A stretch of DNA of 64,000 nt from a virus: IMG/VR virus record IMGVR_UViG_3300028327_000814; one strand, 5' to 3'. The notes below the pieces were generated by a model. The model was not told the origin of the DNA, did no database searches, and was given only the letters and a program-made list of their open reading frames with translations. The translations under genes and the position numbers were made by a program. Shown here piece by piece: positions 1 to 8,986 of the stretch; position 1 is the first letter of the stretch; each line of letters starts with the position of its first letter.

Positions 1-216
1 TCAGGTGAGGTTTGTTGGGTTCAGTTTAGGCGTGGTCTGGTAAGGCAGGCTTGTTAAGGTTCGGCTTGCTCAGGTGTGGCATGGTGTGTTTCGGTAAGGC
101 AGGCGAGGCAAGGTCAGTTTTGGAGGGGTGAGGTTTGGCGTGTTCGGGTGGGTACTGGCGCGGCGTGATTAGGCAGGCATGGTACGTTGTGTTTAGGCGA
201 GTTATGGTTTGTAAGG
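1..216 (+). repeat. Non-coding 5-nt-period array of G(G/T)Y-NN units punctuated by 4-nt GGCA units; candidate guide-RNA array, truncated at window start and split by the Mu-like insertion
   Basis: Parses as ggt-ga ggt-tt gtt-gg gtt-ca gtt-ta ggc-gt ...; the boundary motif T(A/T)AGGCAGGC recurs at ~41-50, 95-104 and 169-178; the register resumes at 36306. Confidence 0.85.
211..216 (+). repeat. Left copy of 6-bp target-site duplication GTAAGG
   Basis: Identical hexamer at 36300-36305; these copies bound an element with symmetric end repeats. Confidence 0.85.
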
Positions 217-223
217 TGAACAC

Positions 224-258
224 GCAAGCAAACAGAACTAAAAACGCAAGAGAATAGA
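224..258 (+). promoter_or_regulatory. Left-end putative transposase-binding sites
   Basis: GCAAGCAAACAGA (224-236) and GCAAGAGAATAGA (246-258), 22 bp apart. Confidence 0.75.
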
Positions 259-297
259 ACCATATAAATAATTGCACATAGAGCAATGTCTTTACAT

Positions 298-918
298 TTA
301 TCTATATTTTTCTTCGATTTTTGTTTTTCTTGATTGATATTCTATTGCAGCATCAAAAGGTTCACCGGCGATTTCGGCCTCTTCCTTCAAACGTCTCACT
401 TCCCGTTTTGCGGCGGCCAAGGCTGCTTCCTTTTCTTCGGTTTTTTGTTCTGGGGTAAGATTTGCTAATCGTGCCGCTTCGTTTTGTTCTGCAATTTCTC
501 TTTGCTGTGTCTGGGAAAGTTTATCAGGTAATATTGCATCTTGAGGTAATGATTCTCCAATTTGTTCAATTTTTTGTTTGTTCCAACTTCCGTCTTGTAT
601 TATCCAGTATTCCGTATCCCTCCAGTCGGCTATAATATCACCTGAAAATTGTAGTCTCTCATGAGGATCTAGATTGTCTAGTATACTTTTCAATCTTTTT
701 CCCTCGTCATCATCAACATTTTTTTTCCCCTGGCCAAGATGGGAAAATACTACATTTTCTGCCAAGAGTTCTTCGCGTGTTTTTTTGAGCAAAATATCAG
801 GGGTTTTTGCAATTATAGCCTCAACCTTGGCATTTGTTTCTTCAGGATCAGGTGATGCATTTTCAATACCAATAATAATTTGATAACTTTCAATTTCTAC
901 GAAAGTAATTGTTTTCAT
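298..918 (-). CDS. Probable tail-fibre assembly chaperone (Tfa-like)
   Basis: IADWRDTEYW...KIEQIGESLP resembles tail-fibre assembly proteins; lies at the tail end of the prophage. Confidence 0.55.
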   Translation of the reverse strand: MKTITFVEIESYQIIIGIENASPDPEETNAKVEAIIAKTPDILLKKTREELLAENVVFSHLGQGKKNVDDDEGKRLKSILDNLDPHERLQFSGDIIADWRDTEYWIIQDGSWNKQKIEQIGESLPQDAILPDKLSQTQQREIAEQNEAARLANLTPEQKTEEKEAALAAAKREVRRLKEEAEIAGEPFDAAIEYQSRKTKIEEKYR

Positions 919-1081
919 TAAAAAACCTCCATAATTGTTACCATGTTAAATCTTAATATGCTCCTAATCATAATAACCGTCATTATTGTAAATAATCCTT
1001 ATTTATGGAGCATTGCAGAAGTTTGCCCATGCCATGCTTTTTTTGCTTATGTTCTGCTATGGTCAACAGCAGGAGGCTTTT

Positions 1082-2056
1082 ATGCAGATAAAAAATTATG
1101 CGGATTTATTTTCGCAAGACGGTTTCTGGCGTGTCAAACGCGCAGAAAAGAAAAAATTTTACACGGACAAGTCGATGGACACAAGGGACGCTGTAATGCG
1201 AAACTGGGTGGTTCCGCTATGGGGAGAAATTAACCCCAAGCGGCTTACTGTCAAAATGATTGACCGAGCGATGATGGGCACCACGTCGAAGCTGACCAAG
1301 CGCACATTGGCGGGAGCGACACGGAACAGAATTTTGTCGGTGTTATCGGAAATGTATGTTCACTTAATCGAGGAAGGAAAATCGCGGATAAACCCTGTTA
1401 GGGACGTTGTGCGGTGTAATTCATACCCCGAACACCCCAGAGGCGTATTGCCGTTAAATGATTTGAAATTACTGTTTCCTGATAATCTTGCAGAATTAAA
1501 ACAAATATGGCGGACGCAAAAATACATCTGCGCGTTTTTGATACTCAGGGACACGGGTATACGCCCTGGGGAATTAGTCGCGCTCAGATGGGGTGATTGG
1601 GATTCAGATATTAAATTCTTTCCAATTTTAAAAGCGCTTGAATCGGGCAGCAAAAATAAAATTAAAGGGACAAAAACAGGTTCAACCAAGCCAGCGATTA
1701 TTACGGATCAGACCGCAGAGGAAATAGAGCGTCTGAAGAAAAAAGTAAAGCCCAAACCTGAAGATTATATTTTTGCCAACAAACACGGCATACCTTACGG
1801 CACCCACCGTCTGTCGTGGAATTTCCGCAAGTCTGTGGAACGCGCCGGAATTGACAAGCCGTATCTCACGCCCTACTGGCTGCGGCACACGTTTAATTCC
1901 ATTTTACTAGAAACTAACTCTACTAAGGTGGTACAGCTCTTAATGGGGCATAACACCGAAGCCATGACGCGCCATTACCGCCACGCGGGGGTTGAATCAT
2001 TGGCGCGAACCGCTGTAAAAATTAGAGATGAGGTTAACGCCTGTAGATTGTACTGA
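1082..2056 (+). CDS. Tyrosine recombinase, candidate shufflon invertase
   Basis: RDTGIRPGE, GTKT, YWLRH, LMGH and RHY catalytic motifs; AGGAGG before ATG 1082 (ORF track starts at TTG 1013); adjacent to the cassette array. Confidence 0.9.
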   Translation: MQIKNYADLFSQDGFWRVKRAEKKKFYTDKSMDTRDAVMRNWVVPLWGEINPKRLTVKMIDRAMMGTTSKLTKRTLAGATRNRILSVLSEMYVHLIEEGKSRINPVRDVVRCNSYPEHPRGVLPLNDLKLLFPDNLAELKQIWRTQKYICAFLILRDTGIRPGELVALRWGDWDSDIKFFPILKALESGSKNKIKGTKTGSTKPAIITDQTAEEIERLKKKVKPKPEDYIFANKHGIPYGTHRLSWNFRKSVERAGIDKPYLTPYWLRHTFNSILLETNSTKVVQLLMGHNTEAMTRHYRHAGVESLARTAVKIRDEVNACRLY

Positions 2057-2259
2057 CCCTTGAGGATTGGGAGGGGAAATTATTTAATAAACCGAATCTG
2101 GTATTATTGCATTACCGACAATACTTTGAAATGTAGTAGCAGGAGTCCACCACACAAAAGGCCTACTATTAGGTGGATGTCTTTAAAATTGACCACTAAT
2201 AAAAAATTTTCCAATTTCATAACGGCATTGTTTGCCTTCTTTTTTATGGGTGCATTCGT

Positions 2260-2448
2260 TCATTGTATATTTAACCCTTTTGAGAAATCTATTTTTTTCC
2301 AGTTTTCAGGGATTTTAGCCCCCTCTAAGCAACAATGCATTTGGCCGTTTTCGTCTATGTAATAATAATACCGAATACCTAACGGCGGACAAGCTTCAAA
2401 GCTGTCCACTATCGTCTTCAACATAATTTCCCCCTCATGCTTAAGCAT
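2260..2448 (-). CDS. Small hypothetical protein with its own promoter
   Basis: 62-aa ORF with a sigma70-like promoter immediately upstream. Confidence 0.45.
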   Translation of the reverse strand: MLKHEGEIMLKTIVDSFEACPPLGIRYYYYIDENGQMHCCLEGAKIPENWKKIDFSKGLNIQ

Positions 2449-2454
2449 ACTATT

Positions 2455-2483
2455 ATAGTAATTCCTCTATAATTTTTTGTCAA
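2455..2483 (-). promoter_or_regulatory. sigma70-type promoter
   Basis: TTGACA-17-TACTAT on the minus strand. Confidence 0.6.
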
Positions 2484-2492
2484 GCAATTTCT

Positions 2493-2757
2493 TTATGATG
2501 GAAATTCCATTGGAGCATACAATAGTGATAAAATACTGACACAAGTAGGATCGTTTGATGTACCAAGTTTTTGGAGCGGTCGTCTAGTGGTAAATCCAAC
2601 TGGAATTATACAAATATTAGGCACAAATACAAATTATGATAGCATCGTAAGCAACCCTTCTCAACAACAGTTACAGTACAAAATACAAGTGGGCTTTGGC
2701 TCCGGGTCGGAGACTAAACCAGTATCTACCTCCGTTTTAGTTTGTATTGCCTATTAA
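2493..2757 (+). other. Silent fibre C-terminal cassette D (87 aa, no start codon)
   Basis: Hand translation is open: YDGNSIGAYNSDKILTQVGS...GSETKPVSTSVLVCIAY-stop. Confidence 0.88.
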
Positions 2758-2761
2758 TTCT

Positions 2762-3017
2762 TTATGATGGAAACGCAATAGGAAGTATAATTGGGGACGC
2801 TATACGGAATATGGAAGGTTCTGTCGGATCGGGAATTGGGCTGTTTGCTAATATACAATCTGGGGTTTTTTCTTTAGACACCACAACAACAGATGTGTAT
2901 CAAGTCGGTACTGGAAACGGCTATAAAACATTAAAATTTAGAGCAAGTAACGTTGTGCCAACCGCTTACGAAAATCGTCCTGCCAGCATCAGTTTTTTGG
3001 TCTGTGTTACCTATTGA
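2762..3017 (+). other. Silent fibre C-terminal cassette C
   Basis: YDGNAIGSIIGDAIRN...YENRPASISFLVCVTY-stop. Confidence 0.88.
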
Positions 3018-3038
3018 TCATTCCGTCAGCGGAAAACT

Positions 3039-3261
3039 TTAATAGGTAATGCAAACTAGAGCGGATATTGACGCGGGGCGGTTTTCGTAGCTTCCGTTAA
3101 AATTTGATGTAGCGTATGTAACTGTATCAAAGCTGTAAACACCAAATTCATGCCCCCCTAAATTATAAGAGGCACTATTTTTATGTGCAAATCCATCTAA
3201 GGGATGCAAATGTGTTTTTAACGCGTCACTGATAAACGCCCCAATCGAATTTCCATCATAA
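3039..3261 (-). other. Silent fibre C-terminal cassette B
   Basis: YDGNSIGAFISDALKTHLH...YENRPASISALVCITY-stop. Confidence 0.88.
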
Positions 3262-3268
3262 GGAATTA

Positions 3269-4057
3269 TCAGTAAGTGATGCAAACAAGGACTGAAAAAG
3301 ACACAGGTTTTGTTTCCGAGTCGCCGTAATAACCTGTATAAGCTTCAGTGTTTGTTACACTCCCGTCAGTTCGCGGCCAATACCTTACATCTCCGAAAAG
3401 ATTATTTCCGACATCTGCAACGCCTATAGATTTGGTATGCAGGTGTGAGCGAACCGCGTCACTCTGATATGTCCCAATTGCGTTTCCATCATAAGGCGTG
3501 GATAATGGATTATTCATATTAGTACGGTAATATGAATTCTGTCCGGCTGCTCGAGGGAAAAGACCACTTATGTCCAAAAGTCTAAAATATAAACCTGTTA
3601 TACTTCTTGTACCGTCTATATTGCATCTATACCACCAAAGAGCATTATTGTTATTGTCATCACCTACATACATTAAATCAAACAAATCTTGATACAACTC
3701 TATTTTAAAAATTTCACCTTTAAGAGGTAAAAGATGCATCTTAATAAGCTGCTCTACAGATGGTTCATAAGCTAACATTACAAGTTCACCAACTCTTCGT
3801 GGTGCAAATCCTTTCTGCATAGCTTTTTTAAGTTGTTCCGGATCCGTATTGTTTGGATCTAACCCAATTTCACTGATTAGATTTTCCATGTTATCAATCA
3901 AGAGATTGAATGTTGCTGCAGGGATATGGGACGGTTTTTTCAGCGGGTCGGAAAAATCCCCGTCGGTAAATTTATGCGTTTCCGGGTCAAGACCGGGATA
4001 CATAACTTGTTCCCCGAAAATTTCAAGTAACTGATCATCTGGATACATTCCTGGCAT
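3269..4057 (-). CDS. Tail fibre (constant N-terminus plus currently expressed cassette A)
   Basis: Follows the gp48-like gene; Mu-type fibre N-terminus; collar-like LPLKG and GLFPRAAG; ends ETKPVSFSVLVCITY. Confidence 0.85.
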   Translation of the reverse strand: MPGMYPDDQLLEIFGEQVMYPGLDPETHKFTDGDFSDPLKKPSHIPAATFNLLIDNMENLISEIGLDPNNTDPEQLKKAMQKGFAPRRVGELVMLAYEPSVEQLIKMHLLPLKGEIFKIELYQDLFDLMYVGDDNNNNALWWYRCNIDGTRSITGLYFRLLDISGLFPRAAGQNSYYRTNMNNPLSTPYDGNAIGTYQSDAVRSHLHTKSIGVADVGNNLFGDVRYWPRTDGSVTNTEAYTGYYGDSETKPVSFSVLVCITY

Positions 4058-4068
4058 TTTAATTCCTC

Positions 4069-4764
4069 CTAAAGTTTATATAAAAAATAAGCAATATTGC
4101 TTGCTATTAATTTGTCGTTTACATCCCGCTCAAAATCATCAAGTATTTCTATTTCTGAAAAAATGCGACTTGAGTAGTCCTTAATAAAAAAAGAACGTCT
4201 AAAAAAATGACCTATACCAAAGCAGCCTTGGCCAAATGAAGAGTTTTTTATCAATTTAGTTATACAATTTTTTGCTTCAATTCTTAATTCTTCATTTTGA
4301 AACGCCGCTATAACATAAAACACCGAATAAAAAGCGGGACGTGAAAATATAGAACGGCCAAATTTGGAGAACCCAAAAAACGAAGGTTTAAACGGAAAAA
4401 TTATATCAATCAATGTCAGACCGTATTTTTGAGCAATATCCGCAATCAATATGCGGTTAATTAATGGAGTTTTTTTTGTCGCTAATATTTTCCGGCGTTC
4501 TTCGATAGGCAGGTGAATATTTGTATATCCCAAAAGGACACGTTCCCAATCGTCTATGCTTTCAACCGCGGTTTGATAATCACTCTCTGCAAGTAAATCA
4601 CTCATTCGTTTTCGCAAATTAATAATTTCTTTTGATTTTGCTTTACAAAATAAATTTAAGTCGGATTCAGGATCAGCAAATTGTTTTTTCCAATATTCAC
4701 CCTGGGGAAACAGATCGCGGATTGCTCCGCTGTAATCTTTTTCAGTAGCCACATTTATACCCAT
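4069..4764 (-). CDS. Baseplate wedge protein (Mu gp48-like, DUF2313)
   Basis: LFPQGEYW and ESIDDWERVLLG; position after the J-like gene. Confidence 0.75.
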   Translation of the reverse strand: MGINVATEKDYSGAIRDLFPQGEYWKKQFADPESDLNLFCKAKSKEIINLRKRMSDLLAESDYQTAVESIDDWERVLLGYTNIHLPIEERRKILATKKTPLINRILIADIAQKYGLTLIDIIFPFKPSFFGFSKFGRSIFSRPAFYSVFYVIAAFQNEELRIEAKNCITKLIKNSSFGQGCFGIGHFFRRSFFIKDYSSRIFSEIEILDDFERDVNDKLIASNIAYFLYKL

Positions 4765-5822
4765 GTTATAGTCCCCAGTACCGGATATTCCAATATTGTT
4801 GTCGATATAATACCGATGATATTCCCCGACAGTTTTATTACTGCGTCTGTTATTGTTACGCCATCAATGACGGCAGTTTTCAACATTCCGGAAGTTATCT
4901 GAATACCCGGCTTTGCGATTTGCTGGAGATATGCTTTTAAGCGCGTTTCCACCAGTTCAATGTTTTTCTGGGTATTCTCAAACGGCATCAATTTTATTTC
5001 AGGATTTAAGGGAATAAGCGAAGGCGTACGCACGTCAAAAATGACCGGAGGAGATACCGTGCTGATATAATTCCGTACTGCCGCAAGGTTTTTTACCTGA
5101 TGGACGCCGCTCATTTGATTGCCGTTTATCACCTGTATAAGCAATGCCCCAAACACCCCGAAATTTCTGAATTCCCATGCGGCGGAAACTTCCGGTGTCG
5201 CGTCCAGCGCCCATGCCTCAAAATCTTTATACTGACCATACCTGTTGGGATTACGCAAAGTAACAAGGACTCTGACAAGATATTCTTCATCGCTTTCAGC
5301 GTCTACCCCCCCAAGAATACCTTCGTCACCAACTTTGGCGTCTGAATCAATGCCAGCCGGAATTGAGGAGACAATACTTAACGGGCTGCCTGTTTCAAGA
5401 TTAGAATCTTTCCCCGCATTTTCCGCTTTTACATTGACAATCACTTTACCGTTACTCGAAATATTATAAGCTTTTTCAGTGAAGTATCTTTTACCTGAAG
5501 CGCTTTTAAAGACAATGCCGGCCGGCGCTGGTTTTCCTGCAATGCCGTTTACTTCGACATTTCCAATTGCCGCTACCGCATACAACGGCGGTACTATCAT
5601 GGACCAATGAGATCTCAAATATTCGCCTTCGGCGGTATCCGGAAACAGTTGTTTTGACAGAAAAACCAAATCACCTTGCAAAAGATGAGACAGGCCGGCA
5701 TCGACATTCGCCATCACTGAAACAAGGTTATAACGCGGCGTCCTGTCCATCGGTTTGAACAGGCTCAAATAATTGGCTGCCGTCCTTTCTTTCAGGACTT
5801 GTAAACTATCTCTGTTAAACAT
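4755..5822 (-). CDS. Baseplate J-like protein (Mu gp47)
   Basis: QLFPDTAEGEYL, GGVDAESDEEY and DFEAWAL motifs; start placed at ATG 5822. Confidence 0.88.
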   Translation of the reverse strand: MFNRDSLQVLKERTAANYLSLFKPMDRTPRYNLVSVMANVDAGLSHLLQGDLVFLSKQLFPDTAEGEYLRSHWSMIVPPLYAVAAIGNVEVNGIAGKPAPAGIVFKSASGKRYFTEKAYNISSNGKVIVNVKAENAGKDSNLETGSPLSIVSSIPAGIDSDAKVGDEGILGGVDAESDEEYLVRVLVTLRNPNRYGQYKDFEAWALDATPEVSAAWEFRNFGVFGALLIQVINGNQMSGVHQVKNLAAVRNYISTVSPPVIFDVRTPSLIPLNPEIKLMPFENTQKNIELVETRLKAYLQQIAKPGIQITSGMLKTAVIDGVTITDAVIKLSGNIIGIISTTILEYPVLGTITWV

Positions 5823-6156
5823 CTTTCCAAACATCCTTAATAAAAATACTGCCGCCGTCTGGCTGTATTGTTTCAACGGTGTATGAAATTACATTTTTGC
5901 CGGTACGTTCAACGGCACAATTTATTTGCCGGGCAAGTCCGTCAGTTACAATCCATGAAAGACATTCCTGCAGCATCCGTTTAAAATTCCCCGCTGTTTT
6001 TTCGTCAACTTTGCCGTTCTCCCTTAATAAGTAAAGTTCGCTTCCGAAATTTGGATCTGCCCACCACGAGCCTTTATCAGTGCCGATACTCATTTGCACA
6101 AGTTCGCGGATGTCTGTCCAGTTTTCGACAGCTACCGTTTTATTTGCCTGTTCCAT
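5815..6156 (-). CDS. Mu gp46-like baseplate protein
   Basis: GSWWAD...GSELYLL, LSWIVTDGLA. Confidence 0.8.
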   Translation of the reverse strand: MEQANKTVAVENWTDIRELVQMSIGTDKGSWWADPNFGSELYLLRENGKVDEKTAGNFKRMLQECLSWIVTDGLARQINCAVERTGKNVISYTVETIQPDGGSIFIKDVWKDV

Positions 6157-6709
6157 GCAACACCTTTTTATTTTCCAAGTTTGAAAAATCTTCTTTATTA
6201 ACCAATGCAGCTAACATTGCGGCAATTTGCGCTTTATATGTCGCGCCGCCGTCCTGTACGGCAGTCTGCGAATTTTTGAGCGCGTCTATAATCCCGTCAA
6301 CACGAGCCGACAATTTATTAAGCTGGCTTTCAAGCTCGGCGGCTTTGACTACGCCGCCGGCATCGGTTCCAAAAAGTTCCAGCGTCCCTTTTTCCCGCGC
6401 TATTATCCAACCGCCTTCTTGGGTATACAGCGCGGAATCGCCTTCTTCCAATTGCGGCGGGCATACTTCGTCATCAGCCGTTAGTGGCATAATTTCAAAG
6501 CCGCCGAAATCCCCTCCCTGACAAAAAACAAACGTCTTGCCTGTTTTAGCTTTGGCGGTAAAGCCATAGGGAAACGCTTCTTTTTTTTCTATGACCCTGC
6601 CGGAATGTGTTTTTACCTGCAGTCTGCCGTCATCATAACGTTTTTCAAATTTGGCTATTGAGAAAGTGTTACGAATTTTGGCTCTTATTTGACCAAACAA
6701 ATCATTCAC
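6140..6709 (-). CDS. Baseplate spike (Mu gp45-like)
   Basis: PYGFTA...LEEGDSALY; synteny. Confidence 0.75.
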   Translation of the reverse strand: MNDLFGQIRAKIRNTFSIAKFEKRYDDGRLQVKTHSGRVIEKKEAFPYGFTAKAKTGKTFVFCQGGDFGGFEIMPLTADDEVCPPQLEEGDSALYTQEGGWIIAREKGTLELFGTDAGGVVKAAELESQLNKLSARVDGIIDALKNSQTAVQDGGATYKAQIAAMLAALVNKEDFSNLENKKVLHGTGK

Positions 6710-7725
6710 AAATATGCCTCTTTTTTTACCAGCGTTATGTCACTGCTTATCGCATCGGCGTTCGCGGTCAATTCCACTTCGGATATTAACAGATTAGCCT
6801 TGAGACCAAGCGTTGGCATACTAACGGGAATTATTGATTTTGGAAACCAAAAAAGTTCCGGTTTATCTATTGATGCTCCCAATCTTTTTATCTGCTCATC
6901 GGTAAGTCCCCAACCGGGAACTGTAGCCGTAATTTTACTTTCTCTTCTGCGCTTCACTTCCATTTTTGCCCGCCGTTTAACAGCGTCTTCACCAATATGC
7001 GTATCGGACAAATCAATGGTAAGAATGCGGCCCTTCGGGCATGAAGTATCAATTTCTCGCGCTTCATAATCTTCGCCGATTACAACATATTCATAAAATT
7101 GCTCGGAACCGTTTTCCGTCCATTTAATATTTTTGACGTTTACGCCTTCAGTAATATGAAATCCTTCATGCCTGACGCCGCCGTCTATTTTCCAAAGATA
7201 AAGTTTTCCCGCTTGGTTACTGGTTAATATATACCCCTGATTGTCCGCTTCATTTATCAGTTTAGTCCATGGGCTTTCGTTATTCCACTCAAAGTCATAA
7301 ACCGGATCCGTTGGATCAGGTTTATCAGGCGGAAGGGTATCGCATTCAATACCAAATCTTTTCCCTATATAGTTTATTAATGTCCGAAGTTGCCTGTCGT
7401 CGCCGGTATCAGACCATGTTGAGTCTATTATATTCCGCGCCGGAGAGCGCCCTATAACCATGAGGCTGTTTTTCGTAACATCAGCGTTAGACGTAACTTC
7501 GTCAACAAGAACGGTCGTAATTAATCTGCTCCAGTTAGGATTCCTTATTATTGGATTATCAAAGGTGACCGTTATTCTATTATGTTTTCTGACTTTGGGC
7601 CGTTCAGACAGCGGTATTTCCAGCTCAAGCGTATGACATATTTCATCAAGTGACTTTCTAATTTTTATGGAACGCCATAACAGTTCATTGCCGGTATTTT
7701 CGTTTTTGACAATTATTTTAGACAT
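6706..7725 (-). CDS. Baseplate hub (Mu gp44/gpP-like)
   Basis: Size and synteny; VIGRSPARNIIDS, ESPWTKLINEA. Confidence 0.75.
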   Translation of the reverse strand: MSKIIVKNENTGNELLWRSIKIRKSLDEICHTLELEIPLSERPKVRKHNRITVTFDNPIIRNPNWSRLITTVLVDEVTSNADVTKNSLMVIGRSPARNIIDSTWSDTGDDRQLRTLINYIGKRFGIECDTLPPDKPDPTDPVYDFEWNNESPWTKLINEADNQGYILTSNQAGKLYLWKIDGGVRHEGFHITEGVNVKNIKWTENGSEQFYEYVVIGEDYEAREIDTSCPKGRILTIDLSDTHIGEDAVKRRAKMEVKRRRESKITATVPGWGLTDEQIKRLGASIDKPELFWFPKSIIPVSMPTLGLKANLLISEVELTANADAISSDITLVKKEAYL

Positions 7726-8986
7726 AGGACACGTCTCCTGAAACTAATAACGAATCTTCAATAAAATTTAAAATTCTTAATTGATCTTCATCGCAGCCCA
7801 GATAATGCGAGAGAAAAAGTAATGGTACGGGTTTTTCAATTGTTTTTTTCAGTTCACGGTTCATGTCGCTTTGCCGCAGCTTTAAGGAAAGCGCGGAACG
7901 CATATTAACAACAGCTTCGTACATATCAGGGTCTTCAAGGTTTATACTGTTTTCAAGTTTTGTATATAATGACCAATATCCGATCATTTGATCATGCGTT
8001 GTGTTATCATCCATCGACATTAAAATTTCTGCAGCCACGCACAGGCTTACTGTGCGATATAGGTTTTCAGAGGCTTCTTTTGTTTTATTTTGCATTATCG
8101 TCACCGCTTCAATTGGGAGCGTCCAAGTACTGGCTGATAAAAATTCCAATACGGATTTTTTTTTGTTATTCCGACCTGAAAAATATATGCCAACGGTTTG
8201 CGCTGATTCGCCAATTGAAATAACTGCCGCTGCTATTGAAAAACCGACATTGACAAACGCCTGTGCCAATTGCATGGGCGTCTGTACTCCTTGAGCTATA
8301 AGGTTCGTTATACCGGTAATCTCGTTGGTTATACCATTTAGAATATTTTGGGGTAGTTGAAGTATGCCTGTAATAGCGAGTAACCGCGCTTTTATTGCGC
8401 CAAACACCTGTAGTAACATTTGGGGATCAAAGTAGGTTTTAGTAAATATTTCGACAGCGGTAAGCGCGACATCTTCCGGTTTGGCAAGCTCTTGCGGGCT
8501 TAACTCAAGCGCGCGGTTTTCAAGCGAAACTCCGGCCCGTTTGAGTGTAAGTGTTAGTTCACACTGGCCGTTTTCATTTGCCGATTCAGAGACGTTGTAA
8601 TTATCGACTACGACTTTGAACCGTCCCCAGAGGGGATGATCAAAAAAGCCGGGCTCGTCATCGGATGTGCGAACCATCAACGCATTAAGAAAATCCATTC
8701 GCTGCTGCAAATAATATTCGCCGCGTAAATATCCGTGTACAGTAATGCTTTGTGGTTTTTGGTTCAATGCCTCATTAGACCATAAACCGTCAAACGGATA
8801 TTCGGCGGTGTCAACTGACTGACCGCCAGAGAATTCAATGCTTTTATAAATAAAAGGAATAGGTTTGCCATTAGGCGCCTGATAACTGGACAGACGCGGA
8901 GCATCGTCTTTATCCGCCCTGTAAGCCTCCCGCCATTTATCTTTATATGGAGTGGGAAGCTTAATGTCAAAACGCGCTTCGCTCAT
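7718..8986 (-). CDS. DNA circularisation protein (Mu gp43/N-like)
   Basis: VDTAEYPF, PGFFDHPLWG, CELTLTLKRAG. Confidence 0.8.
   Translation of the reverse strand: MSEARFDIKLPTPYKDKWREAYRADKDDAPRLSSYQAPNGKPIPFIYKSIEFSGGQSVDTAEYPFDGLWSNEALNQKPQSITVHGYLRGEYYLQQRMDFLNALMVRTSDDEPGFFDHPLWGRFKVVVDNYNVSESANENGQCELTLTLKRAGVSLENRALELSPQELAKPEDVALTAVEIFTKTYFDPQMLLQVFGAIKARLLAITGILQLPQNILNGITNEITGITNLIAQGVQTPMQLAQAFVNVGFSIAAAVISIGESAQTVGIYFSGRNNKKKSVLEFLSASTWTLPIEAVTIMQNKTKEASENLYRTVSLCVAAEILMSMDDNTTHDQMIGYWSLYTKLENSINLEDPDMYEAVVNMRSALSLKLRQSDMNRELKKTIEKPVPLLFLSHYLGCDEDQLRILNFIEDSLLVSGDVSYV

Larger units (their letters stand above)
2486..3501. other. Tail-fibre shufflon: four crossover sites with core TTATGATGGAAA
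   Basis: Sites at 2493-2504(+), 2762-2773(+), 3250-3261(-) and 3483-3494(-, inside the fibre gene); each reads YDGN in frame. Confidence 0.9.

Noticed and set aside
1-216. CRISPR array or ordinary microsatellite
   Set aside because: No 25-45-bp direct repeats with spacers and no cas genes; the variable NN positions are too diverse for slippage.
26-286. 86-aa Pro/His-rich ORF on the minus strand
   Set aside because: Antisense reading of the pentamer array that crosses the prophage junction; an artefact of the repeat.
2493-3494. Diversity-generating retroelement (TR/VR)
   Set aside because: No reverse transcriptase; the cassettes differ in length and at all bases, not only adenines.
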